DNA of 64,000 bases from Heptranchias perlo (lineage: Eukaryota), in NCBI RefSeq assembly GCF_035084215.1, contig NW_027138407.1:1240001-1304000 (forward strand). Reading direction: 5' to 3'. Below are positions 1 through 13,510 of this stretch, piece after piece. Under the pieces are notes generated by a model. That model was not told where the DNA came from and made no database searches. It saw only the letters and a list, made by a program, of their open reading frames with translations. The stretch's first letter is position 1. Each line of letters opens with the position of its first letter. The translations under genes were made by a program, and so were the position numbers.

Positions 1-231
1 CATTACCTGTTAATAAGTCAAATATCTATGGCATGTTTTGCATAATACCGATTCAGTGATGTATCTCTATATTGTTTCCATATAAGTTTGTGGGCATGTA
101 TATCTGGGCCAATGTATGCATCTAACTATCAATCCACATAGTGCATGAAACACCAATTTGTTATGCTGGACGGGAGCTACGTCGGTAGGCAGAGAGATAA
201 ATAGGTGGATAGGGACAGACAGATATTTGAC

Positions 232-290
232 TATTACTGCGCACTGAACTCCACAGAGGCACGGAGCTGGGCTGACACTGCATAAAAAAT
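232..290 (+). pseudogene. 3' remnant of a TCR V (YYCALN) with orphan 23-RSS
   Basis: tattactgcgcactgaactc, heptamer CACAGAG (252-258), 23-bp spacer, nonamer ATAAAAAAT (282-290). The spacer matches the RSS of the 19808/30299 V family; no upstream V exon. Confidence 0.75.
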
Positions 291-374
291 GTCAGAGCGT
301 CACTCAACATATCAGCTTTAGGATAACAGTGTGATCAGGGACCAGTCTCAGCTAGTCCATATATTTGTGATCGT

Positions 375-770
375 TTTTTTATCCATTCTCAGGATGTGGG
401 CGTCGCTGGCAAGGCCATCGTTTATTGCCCGTCGAAGTTGCGCTTAAGAAGTTGGTGGTGAGCCGCCTTCTTTTTCAACCGCTCCAGTTCGTGCAGTGAA
501 GGTGCTCCCATATTGCTGTTAGGCAGCGAGTTCCAGGTTTTGATCCAAAGACGATGGAAGATCTGCCGATATATGTCCAAGTCGGGATGGTCTGTGACTT
601 GGAGGGGAACTTGGAGGTGATTTTGTTCAAATGAACCCGCTGCCCTTGTCCATCTAGATGGTAGAGATCGCGGGTTTGGGAGGTGCTGCCGGAGAAGCCT
701 TGGCGAGTTGCTGCAATGCATCCTGAAGATGTTCCACACTGAAGCCACAGTCGGCCGATGGTGGCGGGAA
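375..770 (-). mobile_element. 3' end of an abundant non-LTR retrotransposon (same family as 33650-35210)
   Basis: Encodes the RMHCSNSPRLLRQHLPNPR motif also seen at 34860-35150. Confidence 0.8.
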
Positions 771-1489
771 TTATTGTTTAACGTGGGGGATGATTAAACA
801 TTGCACGACACAGAATGTTACAGCTCACAAACAGGCCATTTGGGCCAACTGGTCCATGCCGGTGTTTATTCTTCACACTTCCAATTTCATCTATCCCCTA
901 TCAGCATATCCTTCTATTCCTTTCTCCCTCGTGTATTTATCGAGCTTCCCCTTAACTCCATCTGTGTTATTCATCTTAACTAACCCATGCGGTTTTGTTA
1001 AGCTACCGTTCGAAGAGAAATAGTCTTAAATATTAAATCATGGAATGAAGGACAGACTCATAAAGAGACATAACTGTAATCCTCTTTCATTCACTCTTTC
1101 TCTCCTTTCTCTCTTTCTCTCTTCTAGTTTCATTCTTTCTACCTCTGATTTTCTCTTTTCCTCCGTCTTTTTCTCTCCCAGTCTAACTTCCTCAACATCA
1201 AACAGAACAGTATTATATGTTTCTATTCGGTTCCATATCCCACTCTTATTATTTCTCTCTTGCTCATTCTGTCTTTGCATCCCCTTTTCGATCTCAATTT
1301 TTCTCTTCCTCTTTCTCTCTATTGTTTGACATTCCCTCTTTCTATCAATGTCTGTCTCTGTGTCCATCTTAAATTTCCATCTTTCTTTCTCTATCTGTCT
1401 TTCGCTCTCTGTCTCTCCCGCCTTGTTTTTCAATGTGTCTGAATTTCACTTGGTTTCTCTGTCCGAATCTCACCGAGGGTCCATTTTGC

Positions 1490-2030
1490 ACCCTCGATAA
1501 ACTTGAGCTTATCCAAAACGCTGCTGTCCGTAAGGTAACTCGTACCAAGCCCCATTAACTCATCACCTGTCCTCGCTGACCTATTTGGGCTCCCCGTCGG
1601 GCAACGCCTCGATTTCAAAAATCTCATCCTTGTTTACAAATCTCTTCATGTCCTCACCACCACCACCAACACTTCCCCCCTATCGCTGCGACCGTCGCCA
1701 GCCTTACATCCCGCCGTGATCTCTGTGCCCCTCCAATTCTTGTCTATTGCGCATTCCCGAGTTTAATCGTTCCACCATTGACCGCCGTGCCTTCAGCTGC
1801 CTCGGCCCGAAGCTCTGGAATTCCCTCCCTAAACCTCTCCGCCTCTCTGTATATTTCTCCGCTTTTACGACGCCCCTTGAAACCTACCTCTTTCACCAAG
1901 CTTTTGATCACCTGTCCTAATATCTCCTTATGTGGGTCGGTGTGAAATTTTGTTTTATAACGCTCCTGTGAAGCGCCTTGGGACGTTTTACCACATTAAA
2001 AGCGCTATATAAATGCAAGTTGTTGTTGTT
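1490..2030 (+). mobile_element. L2-group LINE 3' fragment
   Basis: Degenerate ORF2 C-terminus (LIQNAA...LWNSLP) ending in aaatgcaagttgttgttgtt tail; paralog at 11600-12135. Confidence 0.75.
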
Positions 2031-2789
2031 GTGCTTCCTCTCTATCTCTTTCTCTGTTCCGCAAATTCTACCCGCAGCATAACAGCAAGATATCTAAATA
2101 TCCTTATCTCCATTTCACTACTTTTACCTCTCCTCTTTCCTCGGCCTCTTGTCTTCAACATTCCTACTGCAGAACAGCACATCCGTGACAATCTTCTGAT
2201 ATCTCACTTTCTCTCTCTGGTTCTGTCTCTCTTTATCTCCATTTCTGCCTCTCTCTCTCCCGTGCAGCCAATAAAACGGCGAAATTGAAATGTTATTTTA
2301 TTCACAGAACTCAGACACTGTGACATCGATAGAAAATAACACAAACCAAAAACGGTACACGTGTGTTCGATTGGAGGATTGTGAAGTAGAAATTAGCTGT
2401 TTCACCACATACAGAGGTTTAACTGTTGGAGGTTTACGGTTCATTGACCAGCGATGATGTGCTTTGTACGCAGCTTGGCAATGATGAGGGAACCGCACTG
2501 TCCCGCTGCAGGAAGCGACGGGTTGATCTCTCTGTTTGGTGGAAAGATAAGTTTACTTTCATTTAAAAAGTTGTGAATGAGGAGCGCGTTCAGGGAAGCT
2601 GAACGGTTCATGTGAAATCCCCTGATTCGCCACTTGAACAGAGATTTCTATCCCCGACCGTGGGCATCACTCCAGGCCCTCGCGTTTCGTCTGAATTCTC
2701 TCCTTCCTTAATAAAGCTCAGCTATTTCTTAAACAATAATCTTTTCATTGAACTCTTTCTCAGGAAAAAAAAGAGTTTAATGTTGTAAT

Positions 2790-3130
2790 CGCGGCAGCTT
2801 GTTTACGCACAACAAGATCCCACAGACAGCAATGTGTGAATCAACCAATAATCCTTTGGTGGAGAGTTGAATATTGGCCAGGTCACCGAGGAACTCCCCT
2901 GCTTTTTATACAATGGTGAATGTAGTTTCTTCATGTCCATTGGAGAGCGCTGATGTGGCCTCGGTTCAACGTCTCATCCGAAAAACGGCTCCTCCGACAG
3001 TATAGCGCTCGCTCAGTCCTGGCTCCGAAACGTCAGCCTGGATTCAGTGCTCAAGTCTTTCGAGTGGGGCTTAGAACCGACAAACTTCCGACTCAGAAGT
3101 GGACAGTGCGACCCACTGAGCCAAGCTAGA
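2790..3130 (-). mobile_element. tRNA-derived SINE (DeuSINE/SacSINE1-like), partial
   Basis: Minus strand begins agcttggctcagtggg (A-box-like) and shares the ggatgagacgttgaaccgaggcc core with the full copy at 47255-47715. Confidence 0.7.
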
Positions 3131-3463
3131 CACCTTGCTATGCGCCTGGCAATCTGATTTCCTTCGCTTTATTTAATCAATTGTGGAGCAATCATCTCGA
3201 CAAAATAGCTTCCTATTCAGGTAATTGAAAAAAAAATCCTCAGCAGAAAGCTATGATTATATTTTGTAAAAAAAGCAACAATAACGTGACATATTTAAAA
3301 CCGGATTGCAGTAAACACCGTATTTAAAAAATAGCCGTATTCAGATCCCAGCTGTTGATGCAAACCCCTTTTCTATCTGGAGCAGAATCTCAAGACCGCC
3401 CTGTTCGGTTAGAAACAGGAAGCTGGTTTTTGTACGAGGCTGCCTGCAGTTTGAGTCACTGTG

Positions 3464-3921
3464 AGCTCAGCGCACAGTAATACACGGCGTTATCAGTCAG
3501 CTCCAAGGCAGAGATGGTCAGACTGGTGAATCCGTCCGCTTTTGTCAGCACTGAAGAGAACCGTTCTCCGAGATTATCTGCTTTATATTTCTTACCACCA
3601 GTAAATCTGTGCAGGAGATATTGCGGTCCTTTCCGTGGATGTTGTCGGTACCAAAGCAGGTTATAGTCTGAGTAGCTTGTGGAATAAGTGCAGTTTAATG
3701 TCACGGTCGCTCCTTCTTTACGCTTTAATAAAGGCACCGTCTGTGTCACACTGTTACCATTAACCAGGACCGCTGCAATAGTCAAAACAAATGTAAACAT
3801 TAAATCAGAGGAAAACAAAGATTAAGATGCATTTTTTTCTATTCACTGTACAAAAATACTCACCCGGGAACAAAATAAAAAGTGTACTCAGCAAAAATAT
3901 CCCCACTAACATGAGAGCCAT
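3464..3921 (-). CDS. TCR alpha/delta V gene segment, apparently functional (leader 3864-3921, V exon 3464-3772)
   Basis: Leader MALMLVGIFLLSTLFILFP with GT donor. V exon has TLNC, WYRQ and YYCALS. Perfect RSS: CACAGTG (3457-3463), 23 bp, ACAAAAACC (3425-3433). Confidence 0.95.
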
Positions 3922-4087
3922 TGCCTGAGCTGAGCTGTGTCGCCGCTTTCTTGTGAGAATCTTTCCTTGGATATGAGAGAGAAACTATCCGTCGATAACC
4001 CACTGCAAAACATAAGGTGCAGCTGGAATTAAAAGCTGGTGAAACGTCATCTTCAGGGGTCAGAGAAGGCGTGGACAAGAGAGCACA

Positions 4088-4095
4088 TGACGTCA
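4088..4095. promoter_or_regulatory. CRE/TCR-decamer-like element upstream of V leader
   Basis: TGACGTCA about 170 bp 5' of the V ATG. The paralog has TGACATCA at 14136-14143. Confidence 0.55.
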
Positions 4096-4838
4096 GAAAT
4101 CTTCACCCGCTGATCCGACGGGTTGACATGCAATCTGATTGGGAGCAACTGAACACTAACGCACACCTTTTAAGGAAAGAAAAGCAAAATACTGCGGATT
4201 CTGGAAATCTGAAATAAGAACAGAAAATGCTGGAAATACTCAACAAGTCAGGCGGCATCTGTGGAGAGAGAAGAACAGAGTTAACGTTTCAGGTGGATGG
4301 CCTTTCGTCAGAACCTCCTTATCAGGAAACATTTGGAAAACATCAGTGTTCTCCTCAATGTTATGAGTCGGTGAATAACATGGATCTGATTCTCGGCAGT
4401 TCATAGACTGATACAAGAAAGAAGGAGGTAATTCGGCCCATCGTACCTGTGCTTGTCACTCATTTAGGGAGCTTTCTGCAGACCGAACTGATACCGAATG
4501 TATCTCCGCCGTTCACTTCATTTCCTGCCGAATGAGGCAACAGGTCGTGGACACAGAATGAGAACTGGTTTTATATTTCGTTCCCTAAGGTTGAAGGTTA
4601 AGGTGCGCATTTAATAAACAGGGATTGGAAGTACCGTCCCATCAAACCTCTTATTATGGAATTATCAGCACGATTATTGTTATTAATAATGAACATTGAC
4701 ATTCCTGTTCTGTATTGTCATTTCAATTGTTGTTAATTTGCTTGTTTTTACACCGACACTGTTCTGTGATAAGTACCGATAGTTGCTGTTTCTCTTCACA
4801 CTGCCCGCAATCCTGTTGACCTGGTCACATTCCGGCAC

Positions 4839-6370
4839 TGTATTTGTAAGAGGCTCCATCTGGGTCCTGTCGCTGTGTCTCTAAGCCTGCAGTAATATAA
4901 CGTGCTATCAGACCGCCGCAGGCCGGTGACGATGAAATTCCCCTCACTTTTCGAAGCGTGGACAGATGCCTAGAATCGAGCCACTGACGCCTCCGCTTTA
5001 CAAAAATCCCCATCAGTGGAGCTGTCGGTCGGGAATGTGGGGCATTTCTGCCGTGCCTTAAGTTCCATTTCATAGTATCATAGTGGGTACATCACAGGAG
5101 AAGGCCACGAGTCCCACCCTGTCTATGCCGGCTCTTTGAAAGAGCAGTCCAATAAGTCCCATTGCCCTGCTCTTTCCCCATAGCCCTGTAAATTTTTACC
5201 CTTCAGGTATTTCTTCAATTCATTTTGGAAGTTACTATTGAATCTGCTGCCACCAGTGCATTCCAGATCAATACAATTCGCAGCGTAAATAAAGTTTCCT
5301 CATGTTGCCTCTCGATCTTTTGCTCGCCGCCTTAAATCTGTGTCCTCTGGTTATCGAGCCTTCTGCCACTGCAAGTAGTTTCTTCTTATTCACTCTGTCA
5401 ATACTGTTCGTGATCCTTCCTAAAGTGTGGTGCCCAGAATTGAACATAACACTCCAGATGAGGCGGAACCAGTGTTTTATAATACTATATCATACATCCC
5501 TTGCTTTTGTACTCCATGCCTCTATCAATAAAGCCCGGGACACCATAAGCTTTTTTAACAGAGTTCTCAGCTTGTCCAGCCAACTTCAAGGATTTGTGCA
5601 TCTGCACCCCCAATATCTCTGTGTTCCTGCACTCCCGTTAGGCGGAGGGAGGGGACCATGGAAATCTGTCAAGGAGGAGAAGGCTCCCGTGGCCCTGGAC
5701 TGTGAAGGAAGAAAGGCATTCTGACCCCAGGAGTGTGGACCACCCTGCCGGCCGATAGGGGTTCGCCACATCATTCGGTACCAGGCCTGATTTCAATCTC
5801 ACAGTATGTCGTTGCCTCTGAATGTCCTCGGGGAACTACGGATGGGCAGTAATTACAGCCATATCAGGAATCGAGCCCGCCTGATTATCACTCCATTGAA
5901 ATTAGCGGAACAAAATCCGGCGGGTTCTGTTCTGGGCGTTCCAACCATTCCGGCGGATCTCCTTTGCTGTGCCCCATCCGGGCGATGCTTAAAGCCCAGG
6001 GGGGAAAAGCTAAATGCTAGCCCAGAATGCAGCTAACATAGCACTTATGTGCAAAAATTTAGCTGGGTAGATTTTCACCTGTTTCCCGCGCCCTCAATTA
6101 TCGGCTCGGCCCTGACTCATGTAGAAACAACATAAGGACAGAGTTCAAATACCCAGTGGCCTGCTCCTGTGCTGGAATATTCTATGGTTCTACAGTCCAC
6201 GATCACAGGACAATGGTATACTATCTCATTCTTTCCCGGAACTTTCAGATGTGCAAGTCCACTCCACACTCTTCCCTTCCTCCAACAGTCTACGAGATTT
6301 TAACGCCCAAATTTGTTCTCACTTTATCACCAATTGTTGATCCAGCAAGTATTCTCTTCTCTTCCCTTTA
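4839..6370 (-). pseudogene. TCR V pseudogene split by a ~1.1-kb repeat insertion
   Basis: 3' half reads ARF*ASVHASKSEGNFIVTGLRRSDSTLYYCRLR, then CACAGCG (4871-4877), 23 bp, ACAAATACA. The 5' part is displaced to ~6260-6370 but is contiguous in the paralog at 14886-15235. Confidence 0.75.
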
Positions 6371-6929
6371 AAAGAATGAATGTCACTTTGGGCCTTCTAC
6401 CTCAATCTAAACACCAATGGGTGCTTGGACGCGAATGGGAAGTGAGCCTCCTCCAAGATTATGTTGACATGTACATTTTTTCAGTGGATTACTCCTATCA
6501 CAACCGACTGATTAAAGCATATCCTGAGTGGGAGTCCGAACAATAGACACGGTTTTCTGCCTACTCCGAAAGTTGGCCTCAGCTGTTTCTCCCAGTGACC
6601 TGAAGTGTGTGCCGTCGCAGTTCAAAGAAAGAATGAAAGAAGGAAAGAAAGAAAAAACAGCAAGCATTTGTATTGTACTAGTGCCAGGACAATTCAAATA
6701 ATCTAATTTTATGCTCTAGTTTGTGCATTGACCAAGACGAGAATCTGACTAGAAAGCGGAAATGATGGTCCAGTACTTGGAGAGTTAATCCAAAACAAAG
6801 TGTGCAGTGAGCTCAGCTGCTGCAAATGGCTGAGTGCAACAGTGCCCCATCTGTAATATCATTGATTGGTTGTCATGGCGTAGAATAATGTGTTTAAGCA
6901 GAAAATATAAACGCATCAATTGTTGGAAT

Positions 6930-7480
6930 GATGAAGCACAGAAGGAGGCCCTTCAGGCCATAATGCCCGTGCCGGCTTTTGAAAGAGCTGTCCAACTAGT
7001 CCCACACACCTGCTCTAACCCCAAAGCCCTGAAATTTTCTACTTTTCAAGTATATATCCAATGACCTTTTGAAAGCTTCTCTTGAATCTGCTTCCACCAG
7101 CCTTCCAGGCGGTGTCCAAAACATTATTACTCGATGTATGAAAAAAAAAATGTCTTCTCCTCCCTGCATTTTTTTGCAAATTACCTCAAATATTCTCCTG
7201 GTTTACAATCCTCCTACCAATGGATTCAGTTTCTCCTTATTACTCTTTGAAACTCCTTCATAATTTTGAACATTTCTATTAAATCTCCACTTAACCTTCT
7301 CTGCTCTAAGGAGAAAAAACCCAGCTTCTCCAATCTCTCCACATAACTGAAGTCCCTCATCACTGGTACCATTTTTTATAAGTCTTCTCTGCAGCATCTC
7401 CAAGGCCTTGACATCCCTCCTAGAGTGTGCTGCCGAATACGAAAGCTGAGGCCTAACCAGTGATTTATAAAGGTTGAGCA
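6930..7480 (-). mobile_element. CR1 LINE 3' fragment
   Basis: LYKSLVRPQL..DVKALEMLQRR ORF2 remnant. Similar fragments at 8320-8770, 15740-16310, 36070-36660 and 61820-62150. Confidence 0.75.
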
Positions 7481-10323
7481 TCCGTATACTAAGCTTTGCC
7501 CCGTTCAACACCAAATGCATTTGAATGCCAACCCTCTTATAAAGCAAGCAGATATATTAATAATCTGAATCCCTGAATCTCCCTTTATTGACACAAAATT
7601 CCTTTATTATAATAACAAAACCCCAAAAACCATTACTTTTTTGATAGTTTGCTTTCTGTATCCAGTATATGGTGGGGTGGGTGGGTGGTGGGTGGTGGTG
7701 GTGGCGGTGGGGGTTGCGGGGTGGGGGTAGAGCGGTGTGCGGCGTGGAGTGAGTGAATAGCAGTTGGAGTTTTGTTTCCGATTTGTGGGAATTAACTGGT
7801 CAGTAACGATCTGCAACCAGATTTCTTTGTAATATGAACAGTTCTGGATGGCGCTAATTTCCTTGTACGTTTCCTCTCTACTTATGCCTGTCGGGCGCTC
7901 TCTATTGGCTGCCTATTGCTATGGATAATGTGCATTTTAAAAGTAGATCCTGCCTATGTAACGTATTTAGAAACGTCTCCTAAATTTATATATTTCACTG
8001 TGCAATTGGACACTTGAATCTTCACAGGTTGTACGCTCCGTTGCTAACCGATCAGATTATAACTATCAGCAAAGACTGAACAGGCTGGGTCCTTTTATTT
8101 AATCCGTGTTCAATAGTTACCCACCCTCCTACCAGTGGAAACACTTTCTGCCTATACACTCGATCAATCCCCTTCATATCTTTCAGTGCTGTAGGAAACA
8201 ATTGCTGTGTCGTCAATTTAGGGACAGTAAACTTGATAGATTTATACAGCAAAATGTTGGATAGGAATTCAATTCTTATTTATGCATTACCCCTAATATC
8301 ATCGAATCATTGAATGTTACAACACAGATGGAGGTCATTCGGCCCTTCGTGCCTATGCCGGGTCTTTTAAAGAGCGATCCAATTCGTCCCACTTCCCCCT
8401 GCTTTTCCCCACAGCACTGCTATTTTCTCCCCTTCGAGTAATTATCCACTTCACTTCTGCAAGTTACCATTCAATCTGTTTCCACCACCATTTCAGGCAG
8501 TGCATTTCCTGATCATAATAACTCGCTGGGGATTTAAAAAATTCTCCTCATCTCACCTCTGGCTCTTTTGCCAATTACCTTAAATTCTGCGAAGCTCCTG
8601 CGAATGGAAACAGTTTCTCCTTACTTACTCCATAAAACCCTTCATGACTTTGAACACCTCTATGAAATCTCCCCTTAACCTTCGCTGCTTTATGGAGAAC
8701 AACCCCAGCTTCTCCAGTCTGAAGTCCCTCATCCCTGGTTCCATTCTAGTAATCTCCTCTGCACCTTCTTCTATTTCTTAAAATTTTCTGTCCACCGATA
8801 CCGCAATCCGAAATAATCCATTGTTCCTGAAGAACTCTGAGTGGTTTTTGTGAGACGTGAGAATCGATGGCACAAATCAAAGCTTTTTCTTTCTATTTTT
8901 GCTGTCACACTTTGGAGTTTAAATAGTTTCAAATTATCACCGTAAAGATATGATTTCTTCCTTCCTTTCTTCTTTCCTTCATTTTCATTTCTTCCAGTTA
9001 CACTGTAAAATAAGATTAAATTATGGAATATATATAGACGTTTCACTTCAAAGAGACAATAAAGTATTCCTGCACTTGAAGGCAAATTAAAATATATTAC
9101 ATATTTTACATGCAAAATATGTAATGCGAGATCGGTATCCACAGACCCCGGTGGTCATTGTCTCGACAATTAATTGTGTTGAGTTCGCTCGTTATTTGGA
9201 AATTAAATTCTGATGCCGAGTCGAAATATGAGGCGGGGACTTTTTCATTGTGGTCACGGAGCCCGATCAACAAGCTGCGCATGCCCAGCATTGGCTTTTC
9301 GAATTTCCAATTTGAACTTCTCTTTCCGGTCGTGGTTTAAAGACTTGCACCGCCTTGTGGATGCTCAGCACATTGCGCTACATAGAATTACATTCGGCCC
9401 AACTGTTCCATGCCGGTGTTTATGCTCCACACCAGCCTCCTCCCAACACTCTTCATCTAACCCTATTAGCATAACCTTCTGTTACTTTCTCCCTCATGTA
9501 CTTATCAACTTCGCCTAAAATGTACCCCTGCTATTCGCCTCAACTACTCCCTGTGGTAGTGAGTTCCACATTCTCATGACTCGCTGGGGAAAGGAGTTTC
9601 TCCTGAATTCCCCATTGGATTTATTAGTGACTATCTGATATTTATGGCCCCTAGTTTTGGTCACTAGTTGCAACACCGGAGAAGAAAGAGTGGATGTTTA
9701 ATGAGCAACAGGGAGGGAAATCGGAAAGAATGAAGCATTTACAAACAATATATTCTTTTCCCCTCCACACGAAGCCAATTTTAATTAAATGCTCTATTTT
9801 CACGGAAGTTCCATGTTTTATTATCGCTACTTTATTATTTTAAACGCGAATATCAATGTTGTTCATTGTGCTAGTAGCTACAAGTATAGGTGGACAGGAA
9901 GTTGAAGAGGTACCAATGATCATTATATATTGCGCCCTAATACCCGCTGTATTTACACATTGTTACAGACCAGAACAAAATCACTTTGATGTGGTGAGCT
10001 GTGATGCTGAGATCAGTATTTCGGCTTTCAAATTCAATTCATTCAATAATATTATATGAAGAAAAACGGAGGTATGACAAATGAAATTTTCCAATTCCCT
10101 ATTTAGAAGTCAAATATCTATGGTATGTTTTGCATAATACCGATGCAGTGATGTTTCTATATATTGTTTCCATATACGTTTGCGTGCATGTATATCTGGG
10201 CCAATGTATGCATCTCACTATCAATCCACATAGTGCATGAAACACCAATTTGTTATACTCGGGGGTGGCTACGTAGATAGGCAGAGAGATAAATAGATAG
10301 ATAGGGACAGACAGGTATTGGAC

Positions 10324-10382
10324 TATTACTGCGCTCTGAGCTCCACAGAGACACGGAGCTGGGCTGATGCTGCACAAAAACT
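10324..10382 (+). pseudogene. 3' remnant of a TCR V (YYCALS) with intact orphan 23-RSS
   Basis: CACAGAG (10344-10350), 23 bp, ACAAAAACT (10374-10382); rest of the V is absent. Confidence 0.8.
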
Positions 10383-11599
10383 GTCAGATCGTCGCTCAAC
10401 ATATCAGCTTTAAGAAAACATTGTGATCAGGGACGAGTCTCATCTCGTCCGTATATTTGTGATCATTTTTTTAATCCATTCTCGGGATATGGACGTCGCT
10501 GGCAAGGCCATCGTTTATTGCCCGTCCGAATTGCGCTTGAGACGGTGTGGTGAGCAGCCTGCTTTTTCAACGGCCTCTGTGCTTTTAGTGAAGTTGCACC
10601 CAGAGTGCTGTTAGGCAGCGAGTTTCAGGTTTTGAGCCAACGACAATGAAAGGACGGACGATATATGTCCAAGTCGGGATGGTGTTTGACTTGGCTGGAA
10701 ACTTGTAGGTGATGGTGTTCCAATCCACCCGCTGGCCTTGTCCTTCTAGATGGTAGAGGTCGCGGGTGTGGGAGGTGCTGTCGTCGAAGCCTTGGCGAGT
10801 TGCTGCAATGCATCCTGTCGATGTTCCACACTGCAGCCACAGCAGTCCGATGGTGGCTGGAGTTATTGTTTAACGTGGTGGATGATTACACATTGTACGA
10901 CATAGAATGTTGCAGCTCAGAAACAGACCATTTGGGCCAACTGGTCCATGCCGGTGTTTATTCTCCACATTTCCTATTTCATCTAACCGTATCAGCATAT
11001 CCTTCTATTCCTTTCTCCCTCGTGCATTTATCTAGCTTCCCCTTAAATGCATCGACGTTATTCGTCTTAACCACCCCATGCGGTTTTGTTAAGCTGCCGT
11101 TCGAAGAGAAATAGTGTTAAATATTAAATCATGGAAATAAGGGCAGACTCATAAAGAGACATAACTGTAATCCTCTTTCATTCACTCTTTCTCTCCTTTC
11201 TCTCTCTCTCTCTGTACGTCTTTCATTCTTTCTACCTCTGTTTTTCCTTTTTTCCCTCCTTGTTTCTCTCTCCCAGTCTCACTTCCTCAACATCTAACAG
11301 AAAAGTATTTTATGTTTCTATCCCTTTCCATGTCCTACTCTTATTATTTCTCTCTTGCTCATTCTATCTTTGTATCCCTTTTTTCGATCCCTATTTTTCT
11401 CTCCCTCTTTTTCTATTTGTTCGACACTCCCTCTTTCTATCAATGTCTGTCTCTGTCTCCATTGTTTCTGTCTATCTTCACTTTCAATCTTTCTATGTCT
11501 TTCTGTCTGTCGCTCTCTGTCTCTCCCGCCTTCTTTTTCAAAGTGTCTGCATTTCACTCCATTTCTCTGTCCGGATCTAACAGAGGACCCATCTTACAC

Positions 11600-12135
11600 G
11601 CTCTATAAACTTCAGCTCATTCAAAACGCTGCTGCTCTTAAGCTAACTCGCACCAAGCCCCATTCACTCAACACCCCGGTGCTCGCTGACCTATTTTGGC
11701 TCCCGGTCCGGCAACGCCTCGATTATAAATATCTCATCCTTGTTTTCAGATCTCTCCATGTCCTCATCACCCCCACTCCCTCACGATCTCCGTGATCTCC
11801 GGCAGCCCTACATCCCTCCGAGATCTCTGCGCTCCTCCAATTCTTGTCTATTGCGCATTCCCAATTTTAATCGTTCTACCATTGACCGCCGTGCCTTCAG
11901 CTGCCCAGGCACTAAGCTCTGGAATTCCCTCCCTAAACCTCTCCGCCTCTCTACATCTTTCTCCTCTTTTACGACGCTCCTTGAAACCTACCTCTTTGAC
12001 CAAGCTTTTAATCACCTGTCCTAATATCTCCTTATGTGGGTCGGTGTTAAATTTTGTTTGTAACACTCCAGTGAAGCGCCTTGGAACGTTTTACTACATT
12101 AAAGGCGCTATACAAATGCAAGTTGTTGTTGTTGT
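11600..12135 (+). mobile_element. L2-group LINE 3' fragment
   Basis: KLQLIQNAAA...RAFSCPGTKLWNSLP remnant with (gtt)n tail. Confidence 0.75.
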
Positions 12136-13510
12136 GCTCCTTCTCTATCTCTTTCTCTGTTCCGCAAATTCTACCCGCAGCATAACAGCAAGATATCTGA
12201 ATATCTTTATCTCCATTTCACGACGTTTACCTTTCCTCTTTCCTGCAGAACAACATACCTGTGACAATCTTCTTATCTCTCTCTCTCTCTAGTTATGTCT
12301 CTCTTTCTCTCTATTTCTGCCGCTCTCTCTCCTTTGCAGCCAATAAAACGGTCCTCAGGCAAAATTGAAATGTTATTTTAATCACAGAACTCAGACACTA
12401 TTTACAGTGACATCGATAGAAAATAACACAATCTGAAAACAGTACACATGTATTCGATTGGAGAATTGTGAAGTAGAAATTTGCTGCTCCACCACATACA
12501 GAGGTTTAACTGTTGGAGGTTTACAGTTCATTGACCCGCGATGAATTGCTGTGTGCGCAGCTTGGCAGTGATGAGAGATCCGCGCTGTGCTGCTGCAGGA
12601 AGCGACGGTTTGATCTCTCTGTCTGATGGAAAAATGAATTTACTTGCTTTTAAAGATTTGTGAACAAGGAGCCCGTTCAGGGAAGCTGAATGGTTCAAGT
12701 GAAACACCCTGATTCGCCACTTGAATAGACATTTCTATCCCCGACCGTGGACATAACTCGAAACCCTCACGTTTCGTCTGAACTTCCTCCTTCCTGAATA
12801 TAACTCAGCTATTTCTTAAACAAAAATCTTATCAGTGAACTCTTTCTCAGGATTTAATGTTGTAATCGCGGCAGCATGTTTGCGCACAGCAAGATCCCAC
12901 ATACAGCAATGTGCTAATCAACCAATAATCCCTTCGTTGAGAGTTGAATATTGACGAGGTCACCAAGGAACTCCCCAGATTTTTATCCAATAGTGGCCGC
13001 AGTTTCTTTCTGTCCACCTGAGAGCGCGGACATGGCCTCGGTTTAACGTCTCATCCGAAAAACAGCATCTCCGACAGTATAGCGCTCCCTCAGTACTGGC
13101 TCGGAAATGTCAGCCTGGATTCTGTGCTCAATTCTTTCGAGTGGGGCTTGGAATCCACGAACTTCCGACTCAGAAGTCGAGAGTGCGACCCACTGAGATG
13201 CGCCAGATACCTTGCTTCATTTGAATCAATTGTGGAGTAAACACCTGGACAAAATAGGTTCCTATTCGGGTAATTTGAAAAGAAATCCTCAACGGAAAGC
13301 TATGATTATATTTTGTAAAAAAGTAACAGTAACGTGGCTTATTTAAAACCGGATTGCGGAAGACGCCGTATTTATAGAATAGCCGTATTAAGATCCCAGC
13401 AGGTGATGCAAACCTCTTTATTTCTGGAGCAGAATCTCAAGATCGCCCTGTTTTGGTAGAAACAGGACATTGGTTTTTGTCCGAGGCTGCCTGCAGTTTG
13501 AATCACTGTG

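Larger units (their letters stand above)
16..9490. repeat. Segmental tandem duplication, copy A (paralogous to 10108-17810)
   Basis: agtcaaatatctatgg at 16 recurs at 10108. The same order follows: orphan RSS, LINE 3' end, L2 fragment, SINE, V gene, V pseudogene. Confidence 0.9.

Noticed and set aside
1038-1442. Low-complexity ORFs (also 11260-11795, 27189-27649, 56214-56642, 57152-58034, 60564-61035)
   Set aside because: They arise from CT/GA/GT microsatellite-like or G-rich repeats and are not genes.
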